In this document: piece after piece, positions 58,658 through 64,000 of the stretch
Layout of the letters: every line of letters begins with the position of its first letter
How positions within the stretch are numbered: the first letter of the stretch is position 1
DNA from: Longimicrobiales bacterium
GTDB taxonomy: Bacteria; Gemmatimonadota; Gemmatimonadetes; Longimicrobiales; Gaopeijiaceae
NCBI GenBank assembly: GCA_963664435.2
Contig: CAXXKM010000001.1
Coordinates: forward strand, 800,001-864,000
Direction: 5' to 3'
DNA length: 64,000 bases
Program-made: the position numbers and the translations under genes
The notes under the pieces: generated by a model
Databases searched by the model: none
Seen by the model: the letters and a program-made list of their open reading frames with translations, nothing else
What the model was told of the DNA's origin: nothing

Positions 58658-59542
58658 TCAGGCCCGGCAACCGGAGTGGGTGTCCCAGTAGGCGCCCATC
58701 CGTGCGATGAAGCGGCCCGGCCTCTCCGCGTAGACCAGCCCGCCGACCGACGTGGCGCGTGCCTCCAGTTCGCGCGACCGACGTTCCGTCGACGCCAGCA
58801 CCGATTCACGTTCGCGGCCGCCTCCGGCGAGTCCGGGCGACCTTGAAAGCAGGGCGCGCAGCTCGTGCAGATCATGATGATCTCCGAGCAGATCCCCGAG
58901 CCGCCGGGCCGTCGCAGCCGCCCCCGTCATGACATCGGGCCACAGAGGGACCAGCAGCTCCAGATGGTGGCGGTGGTACTTGACGTCCTTCCTCCACTCA
59001 TGCAGTTCCGTCGCGGACGAACCCCGCAGCGCCCGCCGGAAGCCCCGTCGTCCCCTTCGGTAGGTGGCGTGCATGCCGGACTCGAAGACCTCGAACCCCT
59101 CCCCGGCGAGGGGCCACTCCGCGACTCGCTCCCCGGCATCCTCCAGATCGGCCACCAGCACCGCCAGGGAATGGGTGCCCTCGAACTGGAGCCCGCGTCG
59201 AGCTTCGTAGCGGGCCTCCAGTTCCCGGCGCAGGGCGGCATCTTCGGGGTCCCCCAGCCGGTCCAGCGTCTCCAGGCTCGCCTGAGCCTCGCGCACACCC
59301 GCCAGCTGCCGGGCGGCGTCCCGATACCAGCGGTTCTCCCGGCGGAAGGCCGGCCCGAGCCGGGGCGCCGCGAGCCGAAGCAGCGCGCGAATGGCCTTGA
59401 AGCGCTTGCGCGCGTCGTGAACGCCTTTGGACCGTCCCTCGCGGGCTCCCTGGAGCGACTCGATGGCGCGGTCCACGGCCTCCCGCGCGACACGGCGGAC
59501 TTCATCGGAAACGTCGCGGCCCGGTCTGATCTCGAACGCCAT
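58658..59542 (-). CDS. CHAD-domain protein (polyphosphate-binding family)
   Basis: VHDARKRFKAIRALLRL, LHEWRKDVKY, LGDLLGDHHDL. Confidence 0.87.
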   Translation of the reverse strand: MAFEIRPGRDVSDEVRRVAREAVDRAIESLQGAREGRSKGVHDARKRFKAIRALLRLAAPRLGPAFRRENRWYRDAARQLAGVREAQASLETLDRLGDPEDAALRRELEARYEARRGLQFEGTHSLAVLVADLEDAGERVAEWPLAGEGFEVFESGMHATYRRGRRGFRRALRGSSATELHEWRKDVKYHRHHLELLVPLWPDVMTGAAATARRLGDLLGDHHDLHELRALLSRSPGLAGGGRERESVLASTERRSRELEARATSVGGLVYAERPGRFIARMGAYWDTHSGCRA

Positions 59543-59749
59543 GCGAATCCTGCTGTTCCTGGGCAACTCCCACAGAAGGAGAATGCGGATGAGGTGCCGG
59601 ATCGGACAACAGTCCGGGCTTCGGAGGCCGCTGACGGAAAGCTTCACGGCACCTTGGCCTGCACGCTCGTGGAACCCCGTCGCCGCATGTCTGCGGATGC
59701 GCGCGGCGACAGGCTCGCGAGCCCGGTCGCAGGGCCTCCACATCCGTCG

Positions 59750-59778
59750 TTGACACACCTTCCGGGGGTCGGCAGATT
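59750..59778 (+). promoter_or_regulatory. Putative sigma70 promoter for the 59851-61609 operon
   Basis: TTGACA, 17 bp, CAGATT. Confidence 0.5.
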
Positions 59779-59850
59779 CGACATTAAGAACCCCGTCCCG
59801 GCACGTACGGACGGGCTCCCTCCGCGCCTTCCCAGACGAGAGACCTGTCG

Positions 59851-60021
59851 ATGACCGCTGTTCGCCACAATCCTCTGATCTTCTATGTCCTGCTGATCGC
59901 CACCTTCGTGATGTCCGCCGGGGTGATCTGGTTCGTCGTCAGTTCCAGCGCGGCATCCGTCGGCGTCACCCTGGTGGGCGGGGCGGTCGTATTCCTCACC
60001 GGCCGGAAGATCTGCCAGTGA
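59851..60021 (+). CDS. Small 2-TM membrane protein (56 aa), absent from the ORF track
   Basis: [58 protein letters not shown]3-rich codons; stop overlaps the next GTG. Confidence 0.6.
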   Translation: MTAVRHNPLIFYVLLIATFVMSAGVIWFVVSSSAASVGVTLVGGAVVFLTGRKICQ

Positions 60022-60923
60022 GGCCCGGGGCGCGCTTGCCGCGCGCGATGCTGGTCGCGGTGGCCGCACTGGGGCTTGCCCCGCTGTCGGCCGCGGCCCA
60101 GCAGGATTTCTCCCAGGTCGAGATCCGCACCGAGCAGGTCGCCGACGGGCTGTACGTGCTCTTCGGCGCGGGCGGCAACATCGGCCTCTCGGTAGGAGAT
60201 GACGGCGCCTTTCTGGTCGACGACCAGTTCGCACCCCTCACCGGGAAGATCCTCGCCGCCGTGGCGGAGGTCACCGACATGCCCGTGCGCTGGGTACTGA
60301 ACACACACTGGCACGGCGACCACACCGGCGGGAACGAGAACCTCGGCCGCGAGGGCGCCCTGATCGTCGCGCACGAGAACGTGTACCGCCGCCTGAATCC
60401 CGCCGAGTTCGCCGACCTGGTGGGGCGTTCCCAGCAGTCCGCGCCGGAGGGGCTGCCGGTGGTGACCTTCAACGACCGGGTCAGCTTCCACTGGAACGGC
60501 GAGGACATCCGCGTAACCCACATGCCCAGTGCCCACACCGACGGCGACGCGCTGGTGTTCTTCACGAACGCCAACGCCGTGCACATGGGGGACACGTTCT
60601 TCAACGGGCGCTATCCGTTCATCGATGTGGACAGTGGCGGGAACGTCGACGGGGTCATCGCCATCGCCGAGTACGCGCTCGCCAACACGACGCCGGAGAC
60701 CCGCATCATCCCGGGGCATGGCGAGATCACCGACCAGACCTCCCTCCAGGCGTACCGTGACATGCTCTCCACCGTGCGCGAGCGCGTGAGCGGCATGATC
60801 GCCGAAGGGATGTCGGAGGACGACGTGGTCGCGGCCGGTCCTACCGCCGACCTGGACGCCATGTGGGGCGAGGATCCCGAGCGCTTCGTGCGCGGCGTCT
60901 ACGTCAGCCTTACCAGGAACTGA
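60018..60923 (+). CDS. Secreted MBL-fold metallo-hydrolase (cyclase-like)
   Basis: Signal peptide, [27 protein letters not shown]. Confidence 0.9.
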   Translation: MRPGARLPRAMLVAVAALGLAPLSAAAQQDFSQVEIRTEQVADGLYVLFGAGGNIGLSVGDDGAFLVDDQFAPLTGKILAAVAEVTDMPVRWVLNTHWHGDHTGGNENLGREGALIVAHENVYRRLNPAEFADLVGRSQQSAPEGLPVVTFNDRVSFHWNGEDIRVTHMPSAHTDGDALVFFTNANAVHMGDTFFNGRYPFIDVDSGGNVDGVIAIAEYALANTTPETRIIPGHGEITDQTSLQAYRDMLSTVRERVSGMIAEGMSEDDVVAAGPTADLDAMWGEDPERFVRGVYVSLTRN

Positions 60924-60946
60924 GCCAGATCCATCCCCGGAGGAAG

Positions 60947-61609
60947 ATGATGTCGCGTCGAAGCGCCATGACCATCGTGCTGGCCGTGCTGCTGCTGGGT
61001 GGATTCTACCTGGCAGTCGGCCGCCAGGGCGCCGCGCCACCCTCGGCTGAGGGAATGCCCGAAGCCGGCAGCCAGGCGGCGAACCTGGGCCCCGCCGACG
61101 GACGCGACCTGCCCGGGCAGGACACCGGTCGCGTGATGGTCGGCAATCCCGCCCCCGACTTCTCCCTCCTCGCCTACTCCGGCGAGGTCGTCACCCTCTC
61201 CGACTTCCGCGGCCAGAAGAACGTCGTCCTCGCCTTCTACCGCGGCCACTGGTGACCATGGTGCGCCGGTCAGCTCGGGGAGCTGAGTGAAATGCTGGAC
61301 GCCAACCAGCAGGCGGACGCGGAGATCCTCGCCATCTCCGTGGATGAGCGCCCGGAACAGCAGATGATGATCGACCGGGTCGCCGAGGAGCAGAACCGCA
61401 CCATCGACTACCACATCCTGGCCGACCCGGACCACGCCGTCATCGACCGCTACGGCCTCTTCAACGCCGACAGCCGCCGTCCGGTCCCCCACCCCGCCGT
61501 CTACGTGATCGACAGGGAGGGCGTGGTGCGCTGGAAGTTCATCGAGGTCAACTACCGCATCCGTCCCAGCAACGAGGACGTGATGGCGGCCCTGGCGGAG
61601 ATCGGCTAG
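60947..61609 (+). CDS. AhpC/TSA peroxiredoxin-like selenoprotein (UGA at 61253-61255 read as Sec, UxxC motif)
   Basis: [30 protein letters not shown] continues in frame to [19 protein letters not shown]; hairpin CAGCTC-GGG-GAGCTG downstream. Confidence 0.85.
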
Positions 61610-61653
61610 CGAGGTTGCACGGCCGCGACGATCATCGACTGGCCACTCCAGGA

Positions 61654-61716
61654 ACACGCCATATACGGCGTGTACTCGTCCTTTTTTCCGTGATTACACG
61701 CCATATCTGACGTTGT
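61654..61716. promoter_or_regulatory. Palindromic operator-like sites upstream of the hipB-like gene
   Basis: ACACGCC-ATATAC-GGCGTGT (61654-61673) and a second ACACGCCATAT at 61696. Confidence 0.6.
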
Positions 61717-61770
61717 GGCCAACGACACGTCCTTGACCTATCTTCGATGTGTTGAAGGGAGGTCAAGATT

Positions 61771-62088
61771 ATGGCTACGATCATTGCCACAAGCCGCACG
61801 CCCGACGTCCTGCGCGAGGTCGGCGCGCGCCTGAAGGCGCTGCGTCTCCAGCAGAACCTGCGGGTCCAGGACCTGGCCGCCGACTCGGGCGTGAGCCCGC
61901 GCACCATCGACCGCCTCGAGGCCGGGCACAGCATCGGCACGGAGAAGCTGGTCCGGGTCATGCGCGGACTGGGTCGTCTCCAGGCCTTCGAGGCCTTCGT
62001 CCCGATGCCCGAAGTTTCCCCCTACGAAATCGCCAGGCTCAGGGGAAGAGTGCGCCAACGGGCTTCGAGGAGGGCGGCCCGTGACTGA
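61771..62088 (+). CDS. XRE-family HTH regulator, HipB-like antitoxin
   Basis: GARLKALRLQQNL..DLAADSGVSPRTIDRLEAG; RBS GGGAGG; overlaps the hipA-like start. Confidence 0.85.
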   Translation: MATIIATSRTPDVLREVGARLKALRLQQNLRVQDLAADSGVSPRTIDRLEAGHSIGTEKLVRVMRGLGRLQAFEAFVPMPEVSPYEIARLRGRVRQRASRRAARD

Positions 62089-62518
62089 CTACGCCGTGGT
62101 GCGGGTGCGACTCTGGGAGCGGGATGTCGGCATCCTGGGAGAGTCCTCGACGGGACGCGTAACCTTCGAATACGATCCGGATTTTCGCGGGTCCGGGCTC
62201 GTCATTTCCCCACTACACCTGCCCCTCCATCGTCGCGGTCCGGTAGCCTTCCCCGAACTGGCACGCAAGCCGGCGTTTCTGGGCCTGCCCGGTGTCTTTG
62301 CCGACGCCCTTCCGGACCGATTCGGCAACGCCATCATCCGCCGCTTTTTCGCGGATCGCGGGCGCTCGGCCGACGCCATGTCGCCGCTCCAGCGCCTTCT
62401 CTACATCGGAGACCGGGCGATGGGAGCGCTCGAGTTTCGCCCGCCCGGAATCCGGCGAAGAGCCGTGGCTCATCAAGTTCGATGGAGTGACGAGTACCCG
62501 CTCGTGGCGCTGGGCTGA
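62081..62518 (+). pseudogene. hipA: HipA-like (YjjJ/HipA) toxin remnant with internal deletions
   Basis: Intact N-terminal FEYDP..ISPL.LP..GLPGVFADALPDRFGN..RLLYIGDRAMGALEFRP; WLIKFDGV fragment out of frame; kinase core missing. Confidence 0.8.
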
Positions 62519-62522
62519 GGGG

Positions 62523-64000
62523 TCAGTCCCCGAGCAGCTCGCGCATCTCCTCTTCGGTGAGGCCGATGCTGTCGAAGTCGATGTCTTCCTCGGGGTCGGC
62601 GGGACCGGGAGGAGGAGGAGGGGCGGCTCCGCGTGCGGCTGCGCCGGTAGTGACGCCGGGCATCGTCACGCCGGGTGTGGTGCGGGATGGCGTCGTCGCC
62701 GCTGGCCCGCCGGATGTCGTTGCTCCAGGCCCCGTCGCTGCGGGCGCGCCCCGGGTCGCCTCAGCAGCTTGCTCTGCCTTCCGCGACCTTCTGCGCTTCT
62801 TCAGCGGACGCTGTGATATGGGCCTTCCCCACCACGAGCCCAGCACTTCCGCCAGTTCCGCCGTGTCCCGGCCGCGGAAGAAGTAGCTGCGTCCCTTGAC
62901 CGGGCGGAGGTGGATGCCGGGGCGGATCAGCCCGAACGCGAGCGGAGGGCTTCGCAGGACTCCCCGGTTGAGCCACGCGCCGGAGCCGCGCTCCATCGCG
63001 ATCTCCTCGATGTCGTCGGCCTTGAGGATGCGCGAGCGCCAGGCGCGCGACTTGATGCGGATGTGATCCTCGAAGAGCAGCAGCTTGCGCGGAGGCCAGG
63101 CCGCGAGGACCGCGACGCCGGCGAGCAGGACGACGAGGAGGCCGCCGATGCCGGCGTGCTGAATGAGGTAGTCGTCGACGGGCGTAATCCAGCGGTCCAC
63201 CCCCCACCCGATCCCGACTGCGGCGATGCGCCCCAGAGCGAGCGCGAACCCCACCATTCCGAGGGTGTACGCCGTCCGCAGGAGGACGGGCAGCCGGAAA
63301 TGCGCTACGTAGCGGATCGCCTTCATCTCAACCGGGCGGGTCAGCGCCCACGCGACCACCTTCAGCGTGATCCAGACCAGCACCGCAACCGCAACCACCG
63401 CCATCCCCTGGCTGAGCGGCTGCGTGCGCGTCACCGTCAACACCTGCCGGGACTCGTCGAATGTGCGGGCCGCGAAGGACGCGACCTGGCTCTGGGTCAG
63501 GTTCTCGTAGAAGGAGAGGACGTCCGGGAAGTCGGTGAAGGTGGCCGGGTCGTAGAAGAGCTGCCGGGTCCAGGCGTTGAGGGACTCCGCGGTCTGGTTG
63601 GCGCCGCGAAGACGTTCGATCACGGCGGCGCGATCCGTTTCGAACTCGGCGGTGGCAAGCGAGCCTGACCGAAGGTATTCGATCTCCTCGTCGATGATGG
63701 CCGTGGCGAAGTCGTAGTCGTCTTCGTCGATGCGGCTGCTCACCTGCAGGTACGCCGCCGGACCGCGCATGACCAGGTTGGCGCTCGCGCCGTACACGGC
63801 CTTGCGTTCCCCGTAGCGCAGTCGCTGGTTGAGCCTGCGGTTGAGGAGGTCGCGGACGAACAGCGCCGTCAGCAGCTCGTCGGAGTTGGCATAGAAGAGC
63901 TTGTGGCGGGATTGGTACTGCGCCGTGGACTGGAAGCCCCAGCGGTAGATGGACTTCCCGCGCCCCGGGTCCTCGGCCGCCGTCGCCCAGCGCTCGACCG
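62523..64000 (-). CDS. C-terminal part of an M16 (insulinase)-like peptidase with an appended membrane domain; starts beyond the window
   Basis: Frame is open to the window end; LNRRLNQRLRYGERKAVY resembles the M16 C-domain R/Y motif; LTQSQVASFAARTF; three TM segments follow. Confidence 0.6.
   Translation of the reverse strand, partial: VERWATAAEDPGRGKSIYRWGFQSTAQYQSRHKLFYANSDELLTALFVRDLLNRRLNQRLRYGERKAVYGASANLVMRGPAAYLQVSSRIDEDDYDFATAIIDEEIEYLRSGSLATAEFETDRAAVIERLRGANQTAESLNAWTRQLFYDPATFTDFPDVLSFYENLTQSQVASFAARTFDESRQVLTVTRTQPLSQGMAVVAVAVLVWITLKVVAWALTRPVEMKAIRYVAHFRLPVLLRTAYTLGMVGFALALGRIAAVGIGWGVDRWITPVDDYLIQHAGIGGLLVVLLAGVAVLAAWPPRKLLLFEDHIRIKSRAWRSRILKADDIEEIAMERGSGAWLNRGVLRSPPLAFGLIRPGIHLRPVKGRSYFFRGRDTAELAEVLGSWWGRPISQRPLKKRRRSRKAEQAAEATRGAPAATGPGATTSGGPAATTPSRTTPGVTMPGVTTGAAARGAAPPPPPGPADPEEDIDFDSIGLTEEEMRELLGD

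Overview
A high-GC bacterial chromosomal segment. Gene content (SusC/SusD-type pairs, barrel-less TonB plug proteins, a DUF1592/DUF1552/ankyrin cassette, DUF3526 ABC permeases) resembles Gemmatimonadota or related lineages; this is inference only. Most of it is transport and metabolism: TRAP, ABC, SSS, Nramp-like and P1B-ATPase transporters, two SusC/D loci, TonB, a GltD-like/2-oxoacid:ferredoxin oxidoreductase operon, and several MBL-fold and hydrolase genes. It also has one complete IS630 element, two toxin-antitoxin loci and two frameshifted genes. Highlights: (1) a lower-GC islet (24.2-26.0 kb) where higA and higB are head-to-head, 27 bp apart, and flanked by two inward-facing near-consensus sigma70 promoters that are imperfect inverted repeats of each other, so each transcript would cross the partner gene antisense first (excludon-like); (2) a DUF2946/CruR-like CxxC+RAPP candidate arrest peptide heading a four-permease DUF3526 ABC operon close to copA; (3) a UGA-interrupted peroxiredoxin-like gene (UxxC) with a SECIS-like hairpin; (4) an IS630 inserted into a CTAG shared by two convergent stop codons; (5) a small secreted Cys/Trp-rich peptide and several candidate structured RNAs. 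No rRNA, tRNA or CRISPR array was recognised. All family calls come from motif recognition by eye, not from database searches.
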